Below are positions 30,431 to 40,778 of a stretch of DNA of 64,000 nucleotides, piece by piece; the first letter of the stretch is position 1; every line of letters begins with the position of its first letter. The notes below the pieces were generated by a model. That model was not told the DNA's origin. It did not search any database and was given only the letters and a program-made list of their open reading frames with translations. A program made the position numbers and the translations under genes. The stretch lies in NCBI GenBank assembly GCA_000002435.2, contig CM018792.1. One strand, 5' to 3'. This DNA is from Giardia intestinalis. Taxonomy: Eukaryota.

Positions 30431-31660
30431 ATGTTCGAGAAAATTCTCCTCGGAATCGCTATCTTGCAGATGGCGCGGGCATCCACGTGTCAAGCACAAA
30501 GCGGCGGCGATCCTGGAACTTGTGAGAAATGTGATGCTCTTATTGGCCAAACGAAGTATTGTTCTAAGTGCAACGGAGCAAACTACGCCCCCGTGAACGG
30601 TGCTTGTGAGGACGTGGAGACGCAGGAGGATAAAAAAGCTCTTTGCAAAGCACACGCCAGCGGGGCTTGTACAACGTGCGGAGGCGCCTCCTTCATGTAC
30701 AAGGACGGCTGTTATTCAAAGGACACTGAACCAGGACAGAGCATGTGCACGCAAGCCTCTGAGGGAAAATGCACCGAGGCGGCCCCGGGGTACTTTGCTC
30801 CGGTGGGAGCGGCGAACACTGAACAATCTGTGGTCGCATGTGGCGATACAACTGGAGTAACAATAGCAGCTGGCGGAAACACATACAAGGGCATTGCTGA
30901 CTGCGCAGAGTGCGGCGCCCCTGACGCAACAGCCGGCGCTGAGGCCGGCAAGGTTGCAACGTGTACCAAGTGTGGAGTCAGTAAGTATCTCAAGGATAAT
31001 ACGTGCGTAGATAAAGCCCAGTGCGATTCTGGTAACACCAACAAGCTCGTTGCCGTTGACGATCCTGAGAATGGCAACAAATGTGTTTCTTGCAGCGATA
31101 ACCTCAATGGTGGCGTTGCCAATTGCGACACCTGTAGCTACGATGAGCAATCTAAGAAGATCAAGTGTACAAAATGCACCGATAACAACTACCTGAAAAC
31201 CACAAGCGAAGGCACGTCGTGCGTACAAAAAGACCAATGCAAAGACGGCTTCTTCCCCAAGGATGACAGCAGTGCAGGAAATAAATGCCTCCCTTGTAAT
31301 GACAGCACCGACGGAATTGCCAATTGCGCCACGTGTGCTCTGGTTAGTGGCCGATCAGGGGCTGCCCTCGTTACGTGCTCCGCCTGCATAGACGGTAAGA
31401 GACCCAACAAGGAAGGCGCAGCATGCTTTGAATGTAACATGGAAGGCTGTGTTTATTGTAGCGGTGCTAATAAGTGCGAGGAGTGCAGCGATGGGTTCAA
31501 ATTAGAGGGTGACAAGTGCGTGTCTTCTGGCAGTGCGGGAGTCAATAAGAGTGGGCTCAGCACAGGGGCCATCGCGGGGATCTCCGTGGCTGTGATCGCT
31601 GTCGTGGCTGGCCTTGTGGGCTTCCTCTGCTGGTGGTTTGTGTGTAGAGGAAAGGCGTGA
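30431..31660 (+). CDS. vsp: variant-specific surface protein (VSP)
   Basis: Signal-peptide-like N-terminus (MFEKILLGIAILQMARAS), many CXXC motifs, a GGCY motif, and a C-terminal TM helix followed by the invariant VSP tail '...GFLCWWFVCRGKA'. The start is taken at the signal-peptide Met (30431) rather than the upstream in-frame ATG at 30344. Confidence 0.9.
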   Translation: MFEKILLGIAILQMARASTCQAQSGGDPGTCEKCDALIGQTKYCSKCNGANYAPVNGACEDVETQEDKKALCKAHASGACTTCGGASFMYKDGCYSKDTEPGQSMCTQASEGKCTEAAPGYFAPVGAANTEQSVVACGDTTGVTIAAGGNTYKGIADCAECGAPDATAGAEAGKVATCTKCGVSKYLKDNTCVDKAQCDSGNTNKLVAVDDPENGNKCVSCSDNLNGGVANCDTCSYDEQSKKIKCTKCTDNNYLKTTSEGTSCVQKDQCKDGFFPKDDSSAGNKCLPCNDSTDGIANCATCALVSGRSGAALVTCSACIDGKRPNKEGAACFECNMEGCVYCSGANKCEECSDGFKLEGDKCVSSGSAGVNKSGLSTGAIAGISVAVIAVVAGLVGFLCWWFVCRGKA

Positions 31661-31667
31661 TTTAGGT

Positions 31668-31674
31668 AGTAAAC
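31668..31674 (+). promoter_or_regulatory. poly(A) signal AGTAAAC 8 nt after VSP stop
   Basis: AGTAAAC matches the AGTRAAY consensus. It lies within a 15-nt block (ttaggtagtaaacgc) identical to the 3' flank of the second VSP. Confidence 0.5.
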
Positions 31675-31830
31675 GCATCAACTGGTGTCACTGAGTCGTC
31701 TTATAGGGTACTTAGATGGCTGCCATCTCCCACGTCAGGATGTCCAACTCTGAAAGTACCAGACACACTCTTTACTAGTCAATGAGAAGTACATTCTCCG
31801 TGTGGTGATCCCGTTTGTTCAAGACAATTG

Positions 31831-33081
31831 CTACAAGTCACGCCGATAGTTATCGCGATGTTTCTCAGTCCCCTTAGATTGTCGCTGGTGCTGTATGCGC
31901 CGCCATTGCTCTTTCCGTAACTGTCTTTGTACCGCCTGCCGTATATCTACTACCTTCCTCATCCTAGGCTCCTTAGACTTGTCAACTGGATCTGCATCAT
32001 CATCTACCATACTATTTGAACATTCATCAACAGCTTCGTCACCTTCTTTAATCTCAAGCTCTTCGTCAGGATCATATTTAGCCACCATCTCCTTAACAAA
32101 GGCCTCTGTTGCATCAATCCGTTGACCCACTAATTCCTCTTCAGAAATTTGACGCATAACTTCATTGTAGCGTGGAAGCACAATGTCTGCTCCAAATCTT
32201 CGATTGAAGAAACCCTCAACAGACATTACATCGCGATTAAATTGTTCTTCGGCTTCAGGAGCTATCGACTGTATCACCTGAGGAAAATCGATGATCACTA
32301 CACGGGTAGTCTCCGGGGTGCAATTTTCTGGATCTGAGGTCTGGACTATTGCATTGAACTCGTTGCAATCTCCGTGTACAATCCCGTATCTTAGCATCCG
32401 CACCATTTGAGTGTGTATATCTTTGGCCAGCAAGTTTGCAGCCTCTATGTCGATATCCTTAATCGCATGCATTGGTATTCCTTCAACGTAGGACATGCAC
32501 ACACAGTGGCGATTGATGGAGATGGGATCGGGAACAGGGAAGCTTCTCTCCTTCAATGCAACCATAAATCCAAACTCTCTAACGGCAGCAAGTCGAGAGA
32601 GGTACATCCAAGAAGCACTCTTCCGGGGTCCCATGTAATCCCGTTTTGTCTTGGCTGTTTTAAAGCTGGTGCGACCAAGCTTGTGAAGTTTGAGCACAAC
32701 ATATTGACCATTAGGACGCATAGCCATGTACACGTCTGCTTCTTTTCCAACACCGATTCGGGATCCTATAGCAGAAATGACTCCGCGACGCTTCATGACA
32801 TTGAGCGAGAGGTAGTCATATCCCATATACGTCAAAGCGTAGCCATCAATCGGTGCTCCTATGTGAGAGATGAGCTTTATCTTTAAAAGCTCCTGCACAA
32901 TGTGTGGTATAGACCCGTGGCGAATCCCAGAAAGGCTGATTACCAGGTTAAGAGGAACGTAGTCATGGTTCTTCATCCCCATCTCAACTGCTGTCAAGAC
33001 TCGGTAGTAGCTCGGAGGCAGGGAGTCGACGTAGGAGACGTCGAGGTTCGGCATTGCAATTAATGAAATGAATTTACTCAT
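31831..33081 (-). CDS. RIO2: RIO2 serine/threonine protein kinase (ribosome small-subunit biogenesis)
   Basis: N-terminal winged-helix region, then the RIO-domain motifs 'IGVGKEADVY', 'LKLHKLGRTSFK', 'YLSRLAAVREF' and catalytic 'IVHGDCNEFNAIV'. Acidic/basic C-terminal tail. Confidence 0.85.
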   Translation of the reverse strand: MSKFISLIAMPNLDVSYVDSLPPSYYRVLTAVEMGMKNHDYVPLNLVISLSGIRHGSIPHIVQELLKIKLISHIGAPIDGYALTYMGYDYLSLNVMKRRGVISAIGSRIGVGKEADVYMAMRPNGQYVVLKLHKLGRTSFKTAKTKRDYMGPRKSASWMYLSRLAAVREFGFMVALKERSFPVPDPISINRHCVCMSYVEGIPMHAIKDIDIEAANLLAKDIHTQMVRMLRYGIVHGDCNEFNAIVQTSDPENCTPETTRVVIIDFPQVIQSIAPEAEEQFNRDVMSVEGFFNRRFGADIVLPRYNEVMRQISEEELVGQRIDATEAFVKEMVAKYDPDEELEIKEGDEAVDECSNSMVDDDADPVDKSKEPRMRKVVDIRQAVQRQLRKEQWRRIQHQRQSKGTEKHRDNYRRDL

Positions 33082-33087
33082 TCCACA

Positions 33088-33483
33088 TCAATTCTTGATG
33101 CGCCAGGCGACATCCTCGATCTCGGCCACAAGCAGCACCATGTCCGGGTCAGACGCACCACCCTTGAAGTACTTGGATATCTGATCGCACCAGACATCTG
33201 CAAAGGCCTGGGGCTCCTGACCTTGGGGTATAATGCGTGCCTTGGCCATGACAAGGGCGTTGTCACCGAAGGGCTGGCCAATCTTGAAGGTGAACATGGG
33301 GTTGTTAGTCACGGCCTTGACCTTGGCGCTGTTCTTGTTGACAGCCGTGACGAGTCTGTCAAGTGTCTTCGTGTACAGGACAGTCGTAGGTTCGCTATCT
33401 GGATAGCCCTTCTCGTTCAGATACGCGATAGTAGCTATGTGCTTTGCGCCTTCGTTGAGCTCGATAAGCTTAGGATCCACCAT
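33088..33483 (-). CDS. small hypothetical protein (131 aa)
   Basis: Compact ORF 6 nt downstream of the RIO2 gene on the same strand. No family recognised. Confidence 0.45.
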   Translation of the reverse strand: MVDPKLIELNEGAKHIATIAYLNEKGYPDSEPTTVLYTKTLDRLVTAVNKNSAKVKAVTNNPMFTFKIGQPFGDNALVMAKARIIPQGQEPQAFADVWCDQISKYFKGGASDPDMVLLVAEIEDVAWRIKN

Positions 33484-33787
33484 TTTATAATCGTCTGTAG
33501 TGTAATTACTTGACAGCTTAAAATACAGAGTTAGGTCTATCTTTATTCAATCTACTGTTCTACATTTAGCCGCTTACATAAAATGCTGTTGTCCTGAGGG
33601 GTCACAGCGCGATCCTCATAGGTAGGGTCTACAGGTAGGAGACTGCCACAACTGGTAGCACGGTACTACAATGATATACGGCACCGTGGCGGTATGCTGA
33701 TATGTTTCTTGGTGTTATGTACTGGGTTGTTTGCGCTCTTCGATATATGTGTATAACTTCGGCTTCGCTTTTAAAAAAGCTTAGAGA

Positions 33788-36259
33788 ATGGCTCGCAGGC
33801 GGATTTCAGCCCCCAGATACTCGGAAAAGCGGAGTACACCTAAGAAGGAAAAGAGCATTCTTGCAAATTACGACGCGTGGATCGATAGCCTCCTTGAACG
33901 TATTGGGATCCGGCCGAAGCTGATAACGGGCCTGGATGAATTCCTTACTGTTTTAATGGCCTTGTTTTACGCAGTTTTTTTCTTCTTCAGGCTCGCGACC
34001 CCATTCTCTTTGCAAGAAACAGGAATTCCTGCCATCCCCACGCTGCCTTCCAACAGCACACATACAAATCTCACTACCTTTTTTGAGGGTCTCCAAACCA
34101 CCAATGATAAGTACTTTCAGTGCTTTTCTCTGAAATCTGTCCATTCAGTATCATATAAAGAAGTCAATGTCGATGATCAGCTCAGTGTTTACAACGGTCA
34201 TTTCACACCAGCTCACACATATGTTTTTGATGATTACGTCAATATTCTGAGTGTTTCGGATGCAAAGCCAAGTATTTTGGTCGCCATTCCCACAGAGCAA
34301 TCTTCCAGGACAGAAGAGTCTCTCCGCATTACGCTTGCCGCAGCTGCCGACGCTCTCTGCTCATCTAGGCTATCTTCGCGCAGTCTACACATGGGTGTTG
34401 TTCTAGCAGTTGGTCGGACATATGCTTCTATTGAGCACGCGTTTCTGGAAACATATGGAAAGGATGCCTTGAGCTCTGCACTTTCTCTGCGCTTGGAGCC
34501 AGGCACTGGCTGGTCGGGTCTCCAATTTCTTGACTTCTTTTCTGTAAAGGATGGAGAGGCTTATCACTTGTTAAGTGCACCTTTACGAAAATGCAAAAGT
34601 TGCAAACAGGGGTTTCTTACCTACTTGTATGAATGGATCCTAGCGATTATGGAGCAAAAGAAGATCATCTCACTAAAAGCTGCCAACCAACGTAGAACTC
34701 AGATCCAATCAGCCTCTTATGGCAATAAGGACAATAGAAGAATCGTGATTACTTCGACCACTACCGGTGGATTTAAAGGGACAGAAATCCTCGTTCCTCC
34801 AGAAGGTAGATGGAAGCGGACTGAAGATGATGCGAACACCTTCAGCACCGTCCTGATAGGCTCTGCCGTGAGAAGCTTGTCAACGTGCATCGTGGACACG
34901 CTTCTTTCATTACTTACCGCAATCTCTTCAAAGGCTGATCTCACTGAGAGCAGCATGCGTCCCTTTTTACTTGTTACAGGTAGATCTGTGCATGTGCCAC
35001 GCATGGCCATACCAGTAGCTTCGGCCGCCACGTTGTTTGTGTTGCTGCATACAGCGAAGAAATATCACCAAGGTAGCAAGAGGCTCCTTATGAAGCGGCT
35101 TTTCATAGGAATCTTTTCGCGGCTCTTTGTTATTGCTTTAACGGCATCGGCAGGATATCTCCTTGTAACGTTTTATCCTGATTTTAATAGCAACTCCAGC
35201 GCACTTAATTTTGTTACAGGTATGCATCGCGGTCTGCTGAGTGCCATCATCTTATTTGTAACGGGTGCTTCAATAACTATATGGGGTGTCTTCCCATTAG
35301 TGCCTATCCCAGTTTCCATTCTGGAAGGTTCTCTCTTCTTGATCGTGCTTCAGCCCATCCTTTTGGCTATTTCCTCTGCTGCACCAGAGGCCGATGCTAT
35401 GGCACTGCAACTTCTTCAAATTTCCTTGCTTTCGTGTTCCTCACAGCTCCTCTCAGACGTTCTCCGCAAACGTTTTGGATTTACATATCCTTCGCTGGTA
35501 CATGGGATCACGATAATGGGGGCTATCATACTAACATTCCCTACCATTTATTACGGCATTCATCTATTGCTCAATAGCGTTGCACATTCCAGACTAATTT
35601 GGTCACTCACAGGCGAGGCTACTCGAAGCATCTTACTCTCTGTGATTATCACTTCTTCTGTGGTGTTGGCCTTTGTGTTTGGTCATGTCGGTGCGTTGAT
35701 GAGGAGGGCACCGATGCGCTTCTTGATAGGTCTTCTTACGTGTGCTGCATCCTTTGTTCCTGTATATTACTATTGCAATCGCCCAAGCAATGATCATTTA
35801 ATCAAGAACATGAAACACGTTCCGGGCGCACTAACTCTACCAACATATACTGCGCACACCGACGTGACTTTTTGGTGCTTTGACGATGAAAAGGCATGTT
35901 CAGTTGATGTGTATAATGGCTTGTACGACAGCATGGAGCTGTATGACACTGTTGCTGAAGATGACGAAAAACAAGGTCATAGAATACAGTTCTTTAGTCA
36001 GAATGTCAATATTTCCATTCCCATGCTAGAGTCCCATTCGATAACATGTGCGTCGGGCAGTTGCACCAGTGACCGTTCCACAGAGATCGTAGTTATTTCA
36101 AACACCATTAATAGGCGATATCGCTACAATAGTCAGCTAGCATCTGTGAAGAATATTACTGGGATGGTGAGCTATGTATGCGAAAGGGTTCCTATGCGAG
36201 TGGAGGAGTCTGTTTATTGGCGCCGAACCTACAAGGCGTATAGCTGTTACCACCCGTAG
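33788..36259 (+). CDS. multi-pass membrane protein, hypothetical (823 aa)
   Basis: N-terminal basic segment and a TM helix (LTVLMALFYAVFFFF). A cluster of ~8 hydrophobic helix-like segments lies between residues ~400 and 640, and the C-terminal domain is Cys-containing. No catalytic motif recognised. Confidence 0.55.
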   Translation: MARRRISAPRYSEKRSTPKKEKSILANYDAWIDSLLERIGIRPKLITGLDEFLTVLMALFYAVFFFFRLATPFSLQETGIPAIPTLPSNSTHTNLTTFFEGLQTTNDKYFQCFSLKSVHSVSYKEVNVDDQLSVYNGHFTPAHTYVFDDYVNILSVSDAKPSILVAIPTEQSSRTEESLRITLAAAADALCSSRLSSRSLHMGVVLAVGRTYASIEHAFLETYGKDALSSALSLRLEPGTGWSGLQFLDFFSVKDGEAYHLLSAPLRKCKSCKQGFLTYLYEWILAIMEQKKIISLKAANQRRTQIQSASYGNKDNRRIVITSTTTGGFKGTEILVPPEGRWKRTEDDANTFSTVLIGSAVRSLSTCIVDTLLSLLTAISSKADLTESSMRPFLLVTGRSVHVPRMAIPVASAATLFVLLHTAKKYHQGSKRLLMKRLFIGIFSRLFVIALTASAGYLLVTFYPDFNSNSSALNFVTGMHRGLLSAIILFVTGASITIWGVFPLVPIPVSILEGSLFLIVLQPILLAISSAAPEADAMALQLLQISLLSCSSQLLSDVLRKRFGFTYPSLVHGITIMGAIILTFPTIYYGIHLLLNSVAHSRLIWSLTGEATRSILLSVIITSSVVLAFVFGHVGALMRRAPMRFLIGLLTCAASFVPVYYYCNRPSNDHLIKNMKHVPGALTLPTYTAHTDVTFWCFDDEKACSVDVYNGLYDSMELYDTVAEDDEKQGHRIQFFSQNVNISIPMLESHSITCASGSCTSDRSTEIVVISNTINRRYRYNSQLASVKNITGMVSYVCERVPMRVEESVYWRRTYKAYSCYHP

Positions 36260-36264
36260 GTTTT

Positions 36265-37767
36265 TCATGTTTCGGGCTTGCTGATGTCATCGTTTTTGTT
36301 ACGGACACAAGTAAACGAGTGTATTGCTTGCCGCAAATTCTTTTGGAGGAAGAATGCCTTAACTATAAGAGACAGCGAGCTCTCCCAGAGATTCATAAGG
36401 AAAATTCTCTGTTTGGGGCCTTCGTCCACTAGGTGTAGTTCAGAACTAGGTATAGCAATAAGCTCTACCTGCCCTTGCTCATTTTTAGCTATGCGAGGAA
36501 CTAAATTTTCTGAAGCCATCGAAAAAATAAAGGCAGCCAGCGCTACCTGACAATCTTGACCGGAATAAAAAATCACCGTGCCATTAGAGCGCAATTCCTG
36601 AAAGGTGGCATGAATAGACCCTAAAACCCGTGAAAGATTTGTTGTGTATTTTAGATTTCTACAGACTGGTATAGAAATTACATTAGAAAGATTGTTTGGC
36701 AGAGATTGGTTAGGTCTGCATAAAGAAATACAGACGGCCAGCGGCTCTTTATTCATAATATCGGCGCTATTCGTAATGATAACACGACGCTGCTCGGGGC
36801 ATTTTATATATGCAAGTACCTCTTGGGCAGGAACAATCAAAATTGCTCTACTGATCGCTGTCTTATACTCGTTGGTAGTTAGACTTGCAAATTCTGAACT
36901 ACAGAGAAAGGAGGAGTTGGCTACAAAGACAGAAGGAGTCAAAGCTAAGGGAAGCCACGATTCTGCGTCATCTGCAGCACCCTGAATGTAATAAAAGGGG
37001 GCTTCCTTTTCATCGAAAACCTGGACTGGATAAGGGGTCTCTTTAGATATTGAGACAAGGTGAATTGTACACGCAGAGGGTACACCATCTCTCTCATATG
37101 GTGTATGCTTAGAGTGTTCGGAACAGAGACCGTTCTGACCAACGTACCAATATCTGCAGTGTATACTATGGATTGGAAAGAGAGAGTCTAACCCAGAACG
37201 GTTATCTAGACCTAAGATAAAACCCATAAGCTCTTTCAAACTACTAGCATGTCTCTCAGCCCGCTGCAAAATAAGATCTCTCTCGTTCAGAGTAATGGAT
37301 GGAAGGAAAAACTCATTTAGATCTAGCTCGCTGGGATTAGACCCACTGAGCACCGTTGACCATACAAGACACCAAATGGGAATTGTTCGCTTTATGGCAT
37401 CAGGATACCTCTTGCCTGCTTTTGTGGCATCGACGATGACAGCCGCCTTGGAAGTCTGCAGGCCAAGAAGAAATTGAAGATTCAGCTTTCTGAGACTGAA
37501 GTCCCATGTGCCGTAGTGGCCGTCAGTGGATTTGAACAAAACACTTTGATCAGGATCTGGAGCATACCAACAGCCTGTTCTAGCATTGCCAAAGACAGGC
37601 GTAGTGCCGAGACCGACTTTATCTAACTCCTTCAAAACTATCCCGCGATCGTGCAGAATAGACTGTAATCTATTATAAGGGGTTTGGATTGCCCTATCAA
37701 GCTCACGTAAGCCTCTTTTAATGGCTGCTGATGAACCTGAAAAGGTGATCTCATTATCTCCAGACAT
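36265..37767 (-). CDS. Rit1-like initiator tRNA 2'-O-ribosylphosphate transferase family protein
   Basis: N-terminal block 'NARTGCWYAPDPDQSVLFKSTDGHYGTWDFSLRKLNLQFL' resembles the Init_tRNA_PT signature (ERCGSWY...YFKSTDGH...W.FS.RRLNL). Length (~500 aa) is also consistent. Confidence 0.6.
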   Translation of the reverse strand: MSGDNEITFSGSSAAIKRGLRELDRAIQTPYNRLQSILHDRGIVLKELDKVGLGTTPVFGNARTGCWYAPDPDQSVLFKSTDGHYGTWDFSLRKLNLQFLLGLQTSKAAVIVDATKAGKRYPDAIKRTIPIWCLVWSTVLSGSNPSELDLNEFFLPSITLNERDLILQRAERHASSLKELMGFILGLDNRSGLDSLFPIHSIHCRYWYVGQNGLCSEHSKHTPYERDGVPSACTIHLVSISKETPYPVQVFDEKEAPFYYIQGAADDAESWLPLALTPSVFVANSSFLCSSEFASLTTNEYKTAISRAILIVPAQEVLAYIKCPEQRRVIITNSADIMNKEPLAVCISLCRPNQSLPNNLSNVISIPVCRNLKYTTNLSRVLGSIHATFQELRSNGTVIFYSGQDCQVALAAFIFSMASENLVPRIAKNEQGQVELIAIPSSELHLVDEGPKQRIFLMNLWESSLSLIVKAFFLQKNLRQAIHSFTCVRNKNDDISKPET

Positions 37768-37777
37768 ACTTGTCTAT

Positions 37778-39640
37778 TTACTTTTCACTTATACGCTCTA
37801 TTTTTCCTAGCCCCACAGATCTGTTGTCGCTGCGGAGAATCATTCTTCCCATAAGTTTGCTCTTGCTAAACTCTTTCACTATTACAGCAACGTTAAAGAT
37901 AAGAGTCATTCGAACATATGCAGACTTTCCTACCAAAGGCGGGTTCTTTCTAATAACTTCTTGGGTTGACGGGTTTATTTGAGCATTTATTTTATGTACC
38001 CTAGCCTCTACTCTGCTACTTCCGACATAACAATCATACACATCTCCTACACTAATTCCCCGAGGGGTGTTAAGGACCAGAACAAGGGCCTTGACAGTCG
38101 TAGCTAGGATCATGTTGTTTATCCACACACCCTTTGACACAGGTCCCTGTTGAAGAAGGATCCCCGTTAAGACAAAGCAAGATCCTTGAGGCATTTCCTT
38201 CACTACAACACTACTGTCGAGCTTATCACAATTATTGCATAGCTTAGTAGCACGCTTATCTGGTGCCAAATACAGAGTAACAGTATCATAGGCAACTGCT
38301 TTATCTGCCTCCACAGCATCTACCATGATGCTTACTATTTGAAACAGATACATAGACGGTAGATGGACGATGCTATCGCTGAGTTGGAGGATGCCTGACT
38401 CTACTACACAGTTTGCAGCAAAGACCTTTTTCCCCTCATACGTATCTGGAGTTACATCAAAAAGAATGATAGTAGGACTTGTTTTTTCTCCCTTAATTTG
38501 AGACGTTGAACGAATCGACTGAGTCTTATAAATCTCCTCGCCTAAACTCGTATGCTTTCTAACCCAATCTGGAAGACATCCTGCATTCCCTGGCGTCAAG
38601 TTATGAGAGCCATCTTCGCCTATACCACTTACAGGAATAAAGGTAACTTCTCCGCCAAACTGGATGTCCTTACGAAGCACTTTAGTTAATACAGTTACAA
38701 TCTCTACAAAACGCCCCTCGTTCCAGTCTGTTCTGTCTAACTTGTTCACTGCAACCATGATATGCTTAACACCAAAAATCATTAACAATTGCAAATGCTC
38801 ACGTGTTTGACCATCATCTGACAAACCCTTTTCAAATTCCTTGGGGGATGCATCTAAAACCAAGACAGCTGCATCCGGTTGAGAGACGGCTCTAATAAGT
38901 GATGGAACAAAGTCTCGGTGTCCAGGACAGTCTTGCAGGAAAACTGTGTGAGGGACAGAGTAGTTATCACCGAGTTCTGGGAATGCCAGTGTGAGGGTAT
39001 GATTACACACATCCATCGTTACCCCGCGCTGACGCTCTTCATCGTTAGTATCCAAGAGAAAAGCGTAGGAGAATGTACTTTTATTATAAGTGTCTGCAAG
39101 CGCCTGCGTACGTGTCCTTTCTCGCATGGAGACAGACCCCGATAGAACAGCTAGATGTCCAAATATGGTGCTCTTTCCTGCGTCAACATGCCCAACGACC
39201 AGGACATTAATTGTATTCCTTGATTTAATGAGCCCTGCTGCTCCCTTGATGACTTCTTCACTACGCTCAACATCTGCTATGAATTTAGCGATGTGCTGCT
39301 GAGAAGGAGTTGCCTTCATGGTACCAATGTTCGCTACTGAACTTAACGAGGTCGATGGTGTTATTGGGGTGGGGGTCGAAACAGTTTCAAACGTTGTTTT
39401 TGGTGTAGAACAAGTAGTGCTACCAGTATTTGATGGAGTAGAGCCGGTGGAGCTTTTCTTGCTTTGCCAAGCAGGTCTTCCCTCCACAGCTCCCCCGCTC
39501 TTCTTCAGCCTGCCACAATCATAGTCGTCGTAGTCGTCATAACCATCATCACTATAGTCGCTATAGTTATTGTGAGAGATGTAACGGGGCATCAGAAAAA
39601 CTTTAAAGATGACATTCTCTGTGTATTCATTTAAGTGCAT
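37778..39640 (-). CDS. eEF1A-family translational GTPase, HBS1/eRF3-like (N-terminal low-complexity extension + GTPase + domains II/III)
   Basis: G1 'GHVDAGKST', G3 'DCPGHRDF', 'GQTREH', G4 'NKLD'. About 200 aa of N-terminal Ser/Thr/Asp-Tyr-rich extension. The start may be Met17 (39592), leaving a 16-nt gap to the divergent gene. Confidence 0.8.
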   Translation of the reverse strand: MHLNEYTENVIFKVFLMPRYISHNNYSDYSDDGYDDYDDYDCGRLKKSGGAVEGRPAWQSKKSSTGSTPSNTGSTTCSTPKTTFETVSTPTPITPSTSLSSVANIGTMKATPSQQHIAKFIADVERSEEVIKGAAGLIKSRNTINVLVVGHVDAGKSTIFGHLAVLSGSVSMRERTRTQALADTYNKSTFSYAFLLDTNDEERQRGVTMDVCNHTLTLAFPELGDNYSVPHTVFLQDCPGHRDFVPSLIRAVSQPDAAVLVLDASPKEFEKGLSDDGQTREHLQLLMIFGVKHIMVAVNKLDRTDWNEGRFVEIVTVLTKVLRKDIQFGGEVTFIPVSGIGEDGSHNLTPGNAGCLPDWVRKHTSLGEEIYKTQSIRSTSQIKGEKTSPTIILFDVTPDTYEGKKVFAANCVVESGILQLSDSIVHLPSMYLFQIVSIMVDAVEADKAVAYDTVTLYLAPDKRATKLCNNCDKLDSSVVVKEMPQGSCFVLTGILLQQGPVSKGVWINNMILATTVKALVLVLNTPRGISVGDVYDCYVGSSRVEARVHKINAQINPSTQEVIRKNPPLVGKSAYVRMTLIFNVAVIVKEFSKSKLMGRMILRSDNRSVGLGKIERISEK

Positions 39641-40778
39641 TCAAGATGTTCACACTGGCGTCTTTTCGCCCCTGGAATTGGTGCCGAACGAACCAGTAAC
39701 GGAATCTCAGCGAACTTACCCCATGGGGATAAGTGGAGCAGACTTAAAGCTTTTTCAACATGATGTCACAACAATTGAGCCACGAGATAAATATGTCATC
39801 ATCTCCATTAACTATACCAGCTATATTGTGAAACGTGATTGCCTGACAGTTGTTGTTTTGACTGCGGGGATGTCAGAGAAGGACGCTGTCCATATGGGGA
39901 AAAAATTCGAGAGCGAAGCACTTAAACGTGCATACGAGGAAGAAGTTAAGAACATGTATGACACCGAGCTCAGAAAGTATTCAGAGCTTCTCTACATAGG
40001 GACGATTTTGCGATATGAAGTTACACGACTGAAGAACTCGCTAGAAAAAGCACAGGAACTCATCACTCAGCTGTCCAAGGTTGTCCCTGATGATCTCAAG
40101 AAGTCAGTGGAAGACATCAATTCTCTTGGGGGACAAGCATCTTCACTTATCAATGCTTTCAAGTACCTCTTCGACGACGATCTAGAAGTCCTTGCCCTTT
40201 GCTTTGAGAATCAAGTGTCTCGAAGAAAGAAGCTAGAACGTGATAATGCCTTGACAAATCAACCCTTCCACTTTCCCAAATATGGCATACAAACAGATAG
40301 TGAGACATCCGATAGCTCAGAATCTATTAGTGACGAAGACTATCCTGTCCCCCTAGATGCAATTCTCACGTTTCTAGAAAAGTATTATTTCGAAGTGCAG
40401 AGCATCGGGTCAACTGCTATCATTTTGAAGCAGAAGATTACAGATGCAATCTTCTTTCGACAGCTTCAATTAGATACTAAACGTAACTTTTTCCTAGGCT
40501 TAGATGCAGTCCTTGGGATCATCTCATGTGGATGCCTCATTGTAACGGGCGTAGGAAACTTTTTTGGGGCTAATGTTTTGAACCCATGGAACTTCAGCCC
40601 ACCTGGGCCACTCAGTACGCAAAGTGATTTATTTCCAGACATACTCAGTGTATCTTTGTGGATAGCATGCCCCGCTGTTATATTTATAGTTACCAATCTA
40701 TTAGTCCTTTTTTACATTATGCAGAAAAATAAAAAAGAAATCCGGATGCAAGATTTAATTTCGCAGTTCAAGAGCTAA
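39609..40778 (+). CDS. hypothetical protein (389 aa) with predicted coiled-coil middle and two C-terminal TM helices
   Basis: Long ORF. The C-terminus contains two hydrophobic stretches (LGIISCGCLIVTGVGNFF; VSLWIACPAVIFIVTNLLVLFYI). Confidence 0.5.
   Translation: MTFSVYSFKCIQDVHTGVFSPLELVPNEPVTESQRTYPMGISGADLKLFQHDVTTIEPRDKYVIISINYTSYIVKRDCLTVVVLTAGMSEKDAVHMGKKFESEALKRAYEEEVKNMYDTELRKYSELLYIGTILRYEVTRLKNSLEKAQELITQLSKVVPDDLKKSVEDINSLGGQASSLINAFKYLFDDDLEVLALCFENQVSRRKKLERDNALTNQPFHFPKYGIQTDSETSDSSESISDEDYPVPLDAILTFLEKYYFEVQSIGSTAIILKQKITDAIFFRQLQLDTKRNFFLGLDAVLGIISCGCLIVTGVGNFFGANVLNPWNFSPPGPLSTQSDLFPDILSVSLWIACPAVIFIVTNLLVLFYIMQKNKKEIRMQDLISQFKS

Noticed and set aside
30178-30525. 115-aa ORF upstream of and overlapping the VSP start; the upstream in-frame ATG at 30344 would extend the VSP by 29 aa
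   Set aside because: The extension lacks signal-peptide character, whereas Met30 (30431) begins a classical hydrophobic signal peptide. The 115-aa ORF is in another frame and has low-complexity composition.
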